A DNA stretch of 64,000 bases from Raja brachyura (lineage: Eukaryota). Position numbers and translations under genes: made by a program. This document shows, piece by piece, positions 58,301 through 64,000 of the stretch. Within the stretch, counting starts at the first letter, position 1, and every line of letters starts with the position of its first letter. The notes under the pieces were generated by a model. It was not told where the DNA came from and made no database searches. It saw only the letters and a list, made by a program, of their open reading frames with translations. Location of the stretch: positions 59,706,001 through 59,770,000 of the forward strand of contig OY740787.1 of NCBI GenBank assembly GCA_963514005.1, written 5' to 3'.

Positions 58301-60495
58301 TGTAACTCAATAAATACTCGGTTGTAGGATTAGATGAAAAGATCTATTCTGGGATTTGTATACATGTCTCTATAGATATTGTTATGTGAAATTGTTCCAT
58401 TCATTGTTAAGATGTATACTTCATTTTTTTTAAATTATATAATAATTGTTTTCTTGTATTTTTTTATTTTATTTATTTATTTAATTTTTTTCCTTTAAAT
58501 TATTTTTCTTATATAATCATAATCAATATTATTTAATCACCATCTCCATTGATTATAGACCTATTCTTTCACTTCTTTACTTTCTAAAAAAAAATAGAAG
58601 CTTATATAAATCATTTCATAATATTTGTATAATTTTTGAAACAAGTTAAATGTGTATTTGAAAAACTGTTATATTGTTGGCAATATGCATTGCTTCTAAT
58701 AAAAATATTTAAAAAAAATAAAAATTGAGTAACATTCACACAGGAGCTTAAAACATTATTTATCACTTTGTGAGCTGTCACTGGTCATTTATTTGCTACA
58801 GACGTCTGTCAATGGATATTTTCAATGTGGAGATTGACAGATTCTTGATTAGTAAAGATGTTGGGTTTGGGAAGAAGGCAGGAAAATGGGTTTAAGGGGA
58901 AAAGATAGATCAGCCATGATTGAATGATGGAGTAGACTTGATGGGCCGAATGGCCTAATTCTGCTCCTATAACTGATGAACTTCTCATGTTTTCTTTTGG
59001 AAGGTTCTGTCAATCGGACAACACCTCAACATTTAAATGACACCTTGAATTTTCTGAACCATACTTACATAATAATCAACAAGAACCTAACTTGGGAGGA
59101 ATCCCTCACAGAATGTCAAAAGAATGGTTACAAATTGGTCAGCATCACTGACCCCTACCATCAAGCCTTCCTCACGATTACTGTCAACTCGCTTGGACAT
59201 AGAGTGTGGATCGGACTCTACAGCCAAGATGTAAGTTCCTCTCAAGTCATTTTCCAATTATATTCTTATCCAATAGGAAAACAAACATAGGTTTCGAGAA
59301 GCCGTTTAATACTTTAGCACACATTAAAAAAATGCTCAGATTCATCCAAGAAGGTAAGTAAACTCATTTCGAAATGGAAATGTTTATTTCTTTGGTAATA
59401 TTCACAGACGTTGTAAATCACTATTAAAATGACAAAAGGTCTAGAAAGGGAACATGTTTTCCAAACATGAGAATACGGTCATCCATCTTGGGTTCCTCCA
59501 TTTAGGTGTTTTAACGTTTGATTGTTTGCTGCATATCTATCTGAAAACTGATCAGCCCAACATAAGGAAAATTATAATCCTTTCAAAATGCTCGTCCTTA
59601 TGAAGCACATTACCACTTTACAGTTCAATACAATAATAGCTGTTAGGATGCTTTACGATATCTCCTTGGCTCATATTGGCTGTACACAAGATGACTACTT
59701 GGCAGATTTCTTGGAAAGTTTGTAACAAGGCAGAAACTCTGGTGAATCCTCATGAATTTCAGGACTCGCAGCCGGAAATCACCATCAGAAGCACACTGTT
59801 TGGAACCATAAGTCCAATGCTAGTGTTCACTTTCCCAACTCTCATCCTATTGACTACAGAAACCCCAACGAAGCCCATGGGGTATTGTTCATGTTTAATG
59901 CACTCTCTGATGGTTAGGGAACCCTTGTGTCGAGTGTCTAAGAGGAAATGGGATGACGTAGAACTAGTGTGAATGGGTGATCAGACGGCATGGTCTTGGT
60001 GGGCCGAAGGGCCTGTTTACATGCTTGCAAAATTAGTTTGTCAAAATGTCCAAGGATTTGATATTTGCCTTTCATCTGGCACCTAGATTTATCCAAGATC
60101 TTTATTTATTTTGCAACTTTGCTGCCAGATGTTCTTATATTACAGCAGTGATCATACTTGCATCCAATTATTGGTTTGCTTTTCTGGAATTGATGGAAAC
60201 TCTGATTAAATGTGAATTCTATGCCGTGTGCTTTCTGTTGCTGCGGATGTAAGTCGGCGAAACTAAGAATGTGTTTTGCTTGTGTCAAATAATGTAAAAT
60301 GTGGTGTGTTTTGTTTTTGATATCAGGATGGATTATACTTCCGCTGGTCTGATGGAAGGCATACAACATACAGCCATTGGAGCTTGGATGACTCGGCCCC
60401 TACTGATAATTGTGTGTACATGGATGTGGATGGGTATTGGAAAACATTGGGCTGTGATTCAGTTTTGCCAGGTGCCCTTTGTCATGTTCAACAAA
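1132..60495 (+). CDS. LY75: LY75 / DEC-205 (lymphocyte antigen 75), partial spliced CDS: 22 exons, CTLD1 C-terminal half to CTLD7
   Basis: Exons join with matching phases into 962 stop-free codons. The peptides are collinear with human DEC-205 as I recall it, e.g. [93 protein letters not shown]. Confidence 0.95.
2364..2444 (-). mobile_element. 81-bp Penelope-like terminal fragment with 14-bp TSD
   Basis: Reverse complement of 32390..32470; flanked by attgcctgtgccag (2350-2363) and attgcttgtgccag (2445-2458). Confidence 0.8.
3176..4804 (+). mobile_element. Tc1/mariner IR/DR-type DNA transposon, full length, frameshifted transposase
   Basis: TA|CAGTGCCCTCCATAATGTTTGGG ... CCCAAACATTATGGAGGGCACTG|TA; TIRs over 200 bp with an internal direct repeat; HTH and SPDLNPI motifs. 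Confidence 0.95.
5135..6687 (+). mobile_element. L1-clade LINE, 5'-truncated (ORF2 C-terminus and 3' UTR)
   Basis: [10 protein letters not shown]..., NNPSFKP...QWKNKGI...[18 protein letters not shown]...CDKC...H; AATAAA near 6670. Confidence 0.88.
8128..8274 (+). CDS. LY75: LY75 exon (CTLD1 end: [29 protein letters not shown])
   Basis: attttag| ... |gtaggt; 147 nt, phase 1-1. Confidence 0.95.
10960..11170. repeat. Palindromic Penelope terminal-repeat remnant (inverted + direct copy)
   Basis: gagttactcagtgggtcaggcaacatctctgga ... tccagagatgctgcctgacccgcttagttactc inverted arms. Confidence 0.75.
11713..11901 (+). CDS. LY75: LY75 exon (CTLD2 start: [13 protein letters not shown]...[19 protein letters not shown])
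   Basis: taacag| ... |gtaaga; 189 nt, phase 1-1. Confidence 0.95.
11922..12095 (-). mobile_element. HE1/V-SINE-like fragment
   Basis: V-domain (gtgggaggaaaccagagcacccggagaaaacc) with CR1-like tail. Confidence 0.75.
12270..12427 (+). CDS. LY75: LY75 exon (CTLD2: VWTGL...[33 protein letters not shown]), GC donor
   Basis: ttctttag| ... GAG|gcaagt; 158 nt, phase 1-0. Confidence 0.9.
12625..12690. repeat. (CA)n microsatellite
   Basis: About 33 CA units with one CT interruption. Confidence 0.98.
12731..13030 (-). mobile_element. HE1/V-SINE-like element, near full length
   Basis: tRNA-like head (minus strand: ctggttcgatc B box), body and CR1-like tail. Confidence 0.8.
13183..13296 (+). CDS. LY75: LY75 exon ([19 protein letters not shown]...CPQNE)
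   Basis: ttttgcag| ... |gtaatt; 114 nt, phase 0-0. Confidence 0.95.
13346..13380 (+). repeat. 35-nt poly-G run
   Basis: Uninterrupted G run 50 nt downstream of the 13183..13296 exon. Confidence 0.9.
13644..14673 (+). mobile_element. Non-autonomous DNA transposon (hAT-like ends), copy 1
   Basis: Imperfect 14-bp TIRs T(A/G)GGTATGTT(A/G)CAA ... TTGTAACATTGCTA; non-coding; interrupts a Penelope terminal repeat; no TSD seen. Confidence 0.72.
15008..16013 (-). mobile_element. Non-autonomous DNA transposon, copy 2, inverted, one TIR missing
   Basis: Reverse complement of about 13644..14650 along its whole length. Confidence 0.85.
16585..16860 (-). mobile_element. HE1/V-SINE-like element
   Basis: gttctatgttatcccactttctcatccac...gtgggagaaaac...atcgaacc. 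Confidence 0.78.
17013..17101 (+). CDS. LY75: LY75 exon (CTLD3 start: [30 protein letters not shown])
   Basis: tttttaag| ... |gtacat; 89 nt, phase 0-2. Confidence 0.93.
17883..18052 (+). CDS. LY75: LY75 exon ([10 protein letters not shown]...[16 protein letters not shown]...YTNWNTFQP)
   Basis: atgcag| ... |gtaggt; 170 nt, phase 2-1. Confidence 0.92.
18292..18545 (-). mobile_element. HE1/V-SINE-like element
   Basis: Same body and tRNA-like head as the other copies. Confidence 0.72.
19401..19418 (+). promoter_or_regulatory. Primer-binding site complementary to the tRNA-Ser(GCU) 3' end
   Basis: TGGCGACGAGGATGGGAT, 3 nt after the 5' LTR. Confidence 0.82.
20042..22014 (-). mobile_element. Second Gypsy element nested antisense in the host gag; 5' LTR and RT/RH lost
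   Basis: 3' LTR 20042..20245 (TGTA...TACA) with adjacent PPT; IN ([13 protein letters not shown]), PR (VDTGA), [14 protein letters not shown] zinc knuckle; host gag resumes at [10 protein letters not shown]. Confidence 0.85.
27030..27222. repeat. Palindromic Penelope terminal-repeat remnant
   Basis: cacaaaatgttggagtaactcagc ... ctgagtcactccagcactttgtg inverted arms. Confidence 0.75.
27330..27526 (+). CDS. LY75: LY75 exon ([17 protein letters not shown]...CPTGW...HCYK)
   Basis: gtttcag| ... |gtgaat; 197 nt, phase 1-0. Confidence 0.94.
28520..28858 (+). mobile_element. HE1/V-SINE-like element
   Basis: V-domain gttctccctgtgact...gggtttcctccaggtgctctggtttctccca, CR1-like tail, short taaac-repeat end. 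Confidence 0.82.
28921..29494. mobile_element. PIF/Harbinger MITE
   Basis: Perfect 35-bp TIR AGGGCCTGTCCCACCAGCATGCAACTCTATGCGAT; TTA TSD on both sides. Confidence 0.92.
29869..30011 (+). CDS. LY75: LY75 exon (CTLD4: [32 protein letters not shown])
   Basis: tttgtag| ... |gtaagt; 143 nt, phase 0-2. Confidence 0.95.
31048..32470 (+). mobile_element. Penelope-like retroelement, 5'-truncated (RT C-terminal part, GIY-YIG endonuclease, terminal repeat)
   Basis: YLRYIDD..., [17 protein letters not shown]...SIPYSQF; NLIYCIRC...[16 protein letters not shown]; 10-bp TSD cccatttgcc (31038-31047, 32471-32480). Confidence 0.93.
32375..32408 (+). ncRNA. Hammerhead-ribozyme-like motif in the Penelope terminal repeat
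   Basis: CTGAAGA-A-GGGT(CTCG)ACCC-GAAACGTC: both core boxes, a stem II and a palindromic ACGT stem III. Confidence 0.6.
32912..32993 (+). CDS. LY75: LY75 exon ([27 protein letters not shown])
   Basis: ttctgcag| ... |gtaaat; 82 nt, phase 2-0. Confidence 0.95.
33993..34236 (+). mobile_element. HE1/V-SINE-like element ending about 35 nt before an exon
   Basis: B box gggttcaatc and V-domain. Confidence 0.78.
34270..34341 (+). CDS. LY75: LY75 exon ([24 protein letters not shown])
   Basis: ttttgtag| ... |gtaaga; 72 nt, phase 0-0. Confidence 0.92.
35758..35817. repeat. 60-bp spacerless palindrome, 1 mismatch
   Basis: cactcgggaatttggtcttttgctttgcta|tagcaaagcaaaagaccaaatccccgagtg. Confidence 0.95.
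35970..36240. repeat. Degenerate 16/32-bp tandem array
   Basis: Units such as aaatgcaaactaaccgaaagggcgggacgcct and aaaagccaactaatcgaaaagctacgtcgcct. Confidence 0.8.
36550..36920 (-). mobile_element. CR1 LINE 3' fragment
   Basis: [23 protein letters not shown]; VGIWNKL...FKRHLD. Confidence 0.85.
37135..37249 (+). CDS. LY75: LY75 exon (TQKPLW...[16 protein letters not shown])
   Basis: ttctacag| ... |gtaaat; 115 nt, phase 0-1; an in-frame alternative acceptor lies 6 nt downstream. Confidence 0.92.
38805..38990. repeat. Palindromic Penelope terminal-repeat remnant
   Basis: Inverted arms around ggtctgaagaagggtcccaacccaaaa. Confidence 0.72.
40345..40380 (+). CDS. LY75: LY75 36-nt linker micro-exon ([12 protein letters not shown])
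   Basis: ctttggcag| ... |gtaagt; phase 1-1; matches the DEC-205 TPDWY linker. Confidence 0.93.
40560..40845 (-). mobile_element. HE1/V-SINE-like element inserted in a Penelope repeat
   Basis: Full SINE body; host reads ...ctccacaga before and acagatgctgc after. Confidence 0.78.
41360..41535 (+). CDS. LY75: LY75 exon (CTLD5 start: [16 protein letters not shown]...EADLYC...LASIT)
   Basis: ttcttcag| ... |gtaggt; 176 nt, phase 1-0. Confidence 0.95.
42121..42520. mobile_element. MITE with ~55-bp TIRs, left TIR interrupted by a short retroposon
   Basis: aatccaaatttatgtgaattgaaagttaccacacggaagc ... gcttctgtgtggtaactttcaattcacataaattgggatt. Confidence 0.82.
42161..42298 (-). mobile_element. Short retroposon fragment with (AAG)n tail and 12-bp TSD
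   Basis: TSD ccacacggaagc at 42149-42160 and 42299-42310; (ttc)n at the left end. Confidence 0.8.
42933..42997 (+). CDS. LY75: LY75 exon (CTLD5: [21 protein letters not shown])
   Basis: long pyrimidine tract, cccacag| ... |gtaagt; 65 nt, phase 0-2, which is exactly the phase needed; KWW matches DEC-205 QKWWI. Confidence 0.88.
43314..43377 (+). pseudogene. Tandem duplicate of the 42933..42997 exon, 1 nt short (pseudo-exon or alternative exon)
   Basis: ctctaag|CACTTT...CATTT|gtaagtataca mirrors the upstream exon; 64 nt instead of 65, giving an in-frame TAA. Confidence 0.8.
43532..44367 (+). mobile_element. Non-coding retroposon with GC-rich body and LINE-like 3' tail, copy 1
   Basis: Ends shared with 53244..53914 (minus); tail ctcactgtacc...tgacaataaa-(ttgaac)n. 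Confidence 0.62.
45053..45427. mobile_element. PIF/Harbinger MITE
   Basis: TTA|AGCCCCTGTCCCACTT ... AAGTGGGACAGGGGCT|TTA. Confidence 0.9.
45679..45773 (+). CDS. LY75: LY75 exon ([31 protein letters not shown])
   Basis: ttttttag| ... |gtaagc; 95 nt, phase 2-1. Confidence 0.85.
48085..48227 (+). CDS. LY75: LY75 exon ([23 protein letters not shown]...[11 protein letters not shown])
   Basis: ccccacag| ... |gtaagt; 143 nt, phase 1-0. Confidence 0.94.
51315..51590 (-). mobile_element. HE1/V-SINE-like element
   Basis: Near full-length body and head. Confidence 0.8.
51780..52180 (+). mobile_element. CR1 LINE 3' fragment, internally deleted
   Basis: [20 protein letters not shown] followed by CR1 3' UTR. 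Confidence 0.85.
52354..52459 (+). CDS. LY75: LY75 exon (CTLD6: [12 protein letters not shown]...[17 protein letters not shown])
   Basis: gatccag| ... |gtatgt; 106 nt, phase 0-1. Confidence 0.94.
53244..53914 (-). mobile_element. Non-coding retroposon, copy 2, inserted in a Penelope repeat
   Basis: Shares ends with 43532..44367; has an internal ~40-bp direct repeat. Confidence 0.62.
54776..54933 (+). CDS. LY75: LY75 exon ([17 protein letters not shown]...[12 protein letters not shown])
   Basis: ttaacag| ... |gtaagt; 158 nt, phase 1-0. Confidence 0.93.
55226..56866 (+). mobile_element. Tc1/mariner IR/DR-type transposon, second copy of the same family (transposase remnant 55585..56612)
   Basis: TA|CAGTGCCCTCC ... 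GGAGGGCTCTG|TA; [32 protein letters not shown]. Confidence 0.95.
57392..57515 (+). CDS. LY75: LY75 exon ([33 protein letters not shown])
   Basis: gttttcag| ... |gtatat; 124 nt, phase 0-1. Confidence 0.93.
57622..57860 (-). mobile_element. HE1/V-SINE-like element
   Basis: SINE body and CR1-like tail. Confidence 0.75.
58154..58720 (+). mobile_element. 5'-truncated L1 insertion with 17-bp TSD
   Basis: TSD aaaattgagtaacattc (58137-58153, 58721-58737); ORF2 end similar to 6355-6480; AATAAA and A-rich tail. Confidence 0.85.
59004..59230 (+). CDS. LY75: LY75 exon (CTLD7: [10 protein letters not shown]...[13 protein letters not shown]...VWIGLYSQD)
   Basis: ttttggaag| ... |gtaagt; 227 nt, phase 1-0. 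Confidence 0.94.
60327..60495 (+). CDS. LY75: LY75 exon (CTLD7 end: [14 protein letters not shown]...[15 protein letters not shown]...GALC)
   Basis: atatcag| ... |gtaagt; 169 nt, phase 0-1. Confidence 0.94.
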
Positions 60496-61344
60496 GTAAG
60501 TATCCCAACTGACTGCAAAAAGCATACCAAGCATTTTCAGTGGGTATGGGTGCCAATTTTTTGGGTCTGTTAGAAATTCAATATCTTGGGTATAGCACTA
60601 TTCGGTCGTCTTCTTTTCATGTCTATCTTGTTACAAATGTTGACCTCGCTGTCATCGTCCGTCCTGAAAAGGACGCAAGCTTCCGGCGACAATCGGTGGG
60701 AGCCATCACTTGTCGCAATAGATGATGGTGGCAGCAGAATTAGCTCAGGATACTTCCAGTTCCCAGCCCCGCGACGTGGACGCTTCTGCTAAGGGGCCAC
60801 TATTCAGTGAATACCAACCAAGTTGTAATTGCCCCTAGTGCGTGGGGAGTGGATGAGAAAGAGAGATAACCTGGAACTAGTATGAACAGGTGATCGATGG
60901 TCGGCATTGACTCGGTGGGCCGAAGGGTCTGTTTCCAGGGATCATCCAGTGTTGCTGTTACTGCAACACTGTGTCTGGCCTGTTTCAATACTGTATTTCT
61001 AAACAAAACTAACAGTCTTAATATTTCTGATATTTGCCCCTCAACCAGCAACAGGATTTATCTGAACATTTGTCTCTTTTGCCAACTTGCTATTAGATAT
61101 CCCCATGTTACACCAATGACCACACTTTACAAATACTTCAGAGGAAAGTATTTTGACCTGCCTTGAGGACATGAAGCTCACTTGACAAATTATTACTTGG
61201 GGCCATCTCTCAGCAGCGGTCAAAGTAATAGGCCTTGAACATCAATCGGGAAATGACCAAATATAGCCAGAGATGAACAAAAGGAACTAAATAAAATGCT
61301 TTCGGAAGGAAATGTGCAATGTGTGCAAATATTGGCCTCTGTCC

Positions 61345-64000
61345 CGGGCCTCTGTCCTGGCAAATAAGTACTCCTGTTTGAGTACGGATGGGGGTGACAG
61401 CCTACCCGGGGGTAGCGACAGCGGACGGGCCTTCAGCACAGAGACCGGCCCTGTTGTTCCGAAAGGTAGGGAAAAAAAGAGGGCAATAGTAATTGGGGAC
61501 TCTATTGTTAGGGGGTAGAATAGGCGATTCTGTGGACGCAGTCGGGAGACCAGGATGGTGGTCTGCCTCCCTGGTGCCAAGGTCTTGGACGTGTCTAGAC
61601 GTGTCCAAGATATCCTCAAATCAGAGGGAGAGGAGCCTGAGGTCATGGTACATATAGGTACCAATGACATAGGTAAAAAAAGGGAAGAGGTCCTGAAGGG
61701 AGGATTTAAGGACTTGGGAGGAGAGTTGAGGAAAAGGACCAAAAAAGTAATAATCTCAGGATTACTGCCTGTGCCACGTGACAGTGAGAGTAGAAATGGA
61801 GCAAGGTGGAGGATAAATGCTTGGCTGAAAGACTGGTGCAGAGGGCAGGGATTCATGTTTCTGGATCTTTGGGACTTCTTTTGGGGTAGGTGGGACCTGT
61901 ACAGAAAGGATGGGTTGCACTTGAACCCGAGGGGGACCAATATCCTGGCGGGGAAATTTGCAAAGGCCACTGGGGAGACTTGAAACTAGAATGGTTGGGG
62001 CGAGGGATGCAAATAGCAAAAGCTAGTAGACAGAATGGGAGGCAGGAAGCAGAAAAGGGAAGCACTCGGACACAAGAGGAGAAAGAAAAAAAAGGAAATA
62101 AACAGAGAATAAGAGATGGGGGGGGGGGTTCTTAAATGTGCATATTTTAATGCTAGGAGCATTGTAAGAAAGGTGGATGAGCTTAGAGTCTGGATAGACA
62201 CCTGGAAGTATGATGTTGTGGCGATCAGTGAAACATGGTTGCAGGAGGGCTGTGATTGGAAACTAAATATTCCAGGATTTCGTTCCTTCAGGTGTGATAG
62301 AATTGGAGGGGCAAGAGGTGGAGGTGTTGCATTGCTAGTCAGGGAAGATATTACAGCAGTGCTTTGGCAGGATAGATTGGAGGGCTCATCTAGGGAGGCT
62401 ATTTGGGTGGAACTGAGAAGTGGGAAAGGTGTAGCAACACTTATAGGGGTATATTATAGACTGCCAAATGGGGAACGAGAATTGGAAGAGCAAATATGTA
62501 AAGAGATAGCAGATATTAATAGTAAGCACAAGGTAGTGATTGTGGGAGATTTCAACTTTCCACACATAGACTGGGAAACACATTCTGTAAATGGGCTGGG
62601 TGGTTTGGAGTTTGTAAAATGTGTGCAGGATAGTTTTTTGCAGCAATACATAGAGGTGCCTACTAGAGGAGGGGCAGTGCTGGACCTTCTGTTAGGAAAT
62701 GAGACGGGACAGGTGGCGGAGGTATGCGTTGGGGAGCACTTCGGGTCCAGTGATCACAATACCATTAGTTTCAATATAATTATGGAGAAGGACAGAACTG
62801 GGCCTAGGGTTGAGATTTTTGATTGGAGAAAGGCTAACTTTAACGAGATGCGAGATGATTTAAAAGGAGTGAACTGGGACATTTTGTTTTATGGGAAAGA
62901 TGTAGAGGAGAAATGGAGGACATTTAAAGGGGAAATTTTAAGAATACAGAACCTTTATGTTCCTGCTCGGTCGAAAGGAACCAGTAAAAATTGGAAAGAG
63001 CCCTGTTTTTCAAGGGAATTTGGACACCTTGTTCGGAAAAAGAGGGAGATCTACAATAATTATAGGCAGCATGAAGTAAATGAGGTGCTTAAGGAGTATA
63101 AGGAATGTAGAAAAAATCTTAAGAAAGAAATTAGAAAAGCTAAAAGAAGATATGAGGTTGCTTTGGCAAGTAAGGTGAAAGTAAATCCAAAGGGTTTCTA
63201 CAGCTATATTAATAGCAAAAGGATAACAAGGGATAAAATTGGTCCATTGGAGAGACCGAGTGGACAGCTATCTGCAGAGCCAAAAGAGATGGGGGAGATA
63301 TTGAACAATTTCTTTTCTTCGGTATTCACCAAGGAGAAGGATATTGAATTAGGTGAGGTAAGGGAAACTAGTAGAGTAGCTATGGATACTATGAGTTTCA
63401 AAGTAAAAGAAGTACTTACACTTTTGAAAAATGTAAAAGTGGATAAGTCTCCAGGTCCTGACAGGATATTCCCTAGGACATTGAGGGAAGTTAGTGTAGA
63501 AATAGCCGGGGCTATGACAGAAATATTTCAAATTTCATTAGAAACGGGAATAGTCCCTGAGGATTGGTGTACTGCGCATGTTGTTCCATTGTTTAAAAAG
63601 GGTTCTAAAAGTAAACCTAGCAATTATAGACCGGTTAGTTTGACTTCAGTGGTGGGCAAATTAATGGAAAAGATACTTAGAGATAATATATATAAATATC
63701 TGGATAAAGAGGGTCTAATTAGGAACAGTCAACATGGATTTATGCCTGGAAGGTCATGTTTGACTAATCTTGAATTTTTTGAAGAGGTTACTAGGGAAAT
63801 TGACGAGGGTAAAGCAGTGGATGTTGTCTATATGGACTTCAGTAAGGCCTTTGACAAGGTTCCTCATGGAAGTTTGGTTAAGAAGGTTCAACTGTTGGGT
63901 ATAAATGCAGGAATAGCAAGGTGGATTCAACAGTGGCTGAATGGGAGAAGCCAGAGGGTAATGGCGGATGGCTGTTTGTCGGGTTGGAGGCAGGTGACTA
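61345..64000 (+). mobile_element. Young CR1 LINE: esterase-type ORF1 (partial, premature stop) and ORF2 running off the window
   Basis: ORF1 motifs GDSIVRG, HIGTND, DGLHLN; ORF2 follows. Confidence 0.95.
62131..64000 (+). CDS. CR1 ORF2 (APE endonuclease and start of reverse transcriptase), open to the window end
   Basis: 623 stop-free codons: YFNARSI, ISETW, GDFN, SDH, KSPGPD, NYRPVSLTS, QHGF, DFSKAFD. Confidence 0.9.

Noticed and set aside
1132-60495. Gene identity as MRC1, MRC2 or PLA2R1
   Set aside because: The short CTLD3, TPDWY linker, IHGP..IDG.EYWFV and SITDPY.QAFL follow DEC-205.
1-64000. Prokaryote-style reading of the ORF track (operon, defence system, many small genes)
   Set aside because: The window is an intron-rich vertebrate gene. 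The short ORFs are TE fragments, antisense frames or chance.

Overview
This is vertebrate genomic DNA. It is very probably from a cartilaginous fish (skate or ray); this is inferred from HE1/V-SINE-like, CR1 and Penelope repeat content, not from a database hit. The whole window lies inside one + strand gene, LY75 (DEC-205/CD205, mannose-receptor family). I reconstructed 22 consecutive, phase-compatible coding exons (1132..60495; 2886 nt, 962 codons, no stop), running from the second half of CTLD1 to CTLD7. The start and end of the gene lie outside the window. The introns are packed with transposable elements: two IR/DR Tc1 copies, a Rex1/Babar LINE split by three later insertions, a full-length Mag-type Gypsy with a second Gypsy nested in it, a Penelope-like element and many of its hammerhead-bearing terminal repeats, Harbinger MITEs, L1 fragments, a young CR1 and many SINEs. 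The most notable observations are a tandem duplicate of a CTLD5 exon that keeps its splice sites but is 1 nt short, a GC-AG intron, a ~1 kb intronic inverted repeat, dispersed hammerhead-like palindromes and an antisense exon-like cluster. I found no prokaryotic-type system and no convincing wholly new system. Most short ORFs in the supplied track are spurious or TE-derived. Boundaries of SINEs and decayed repeats are approximate.
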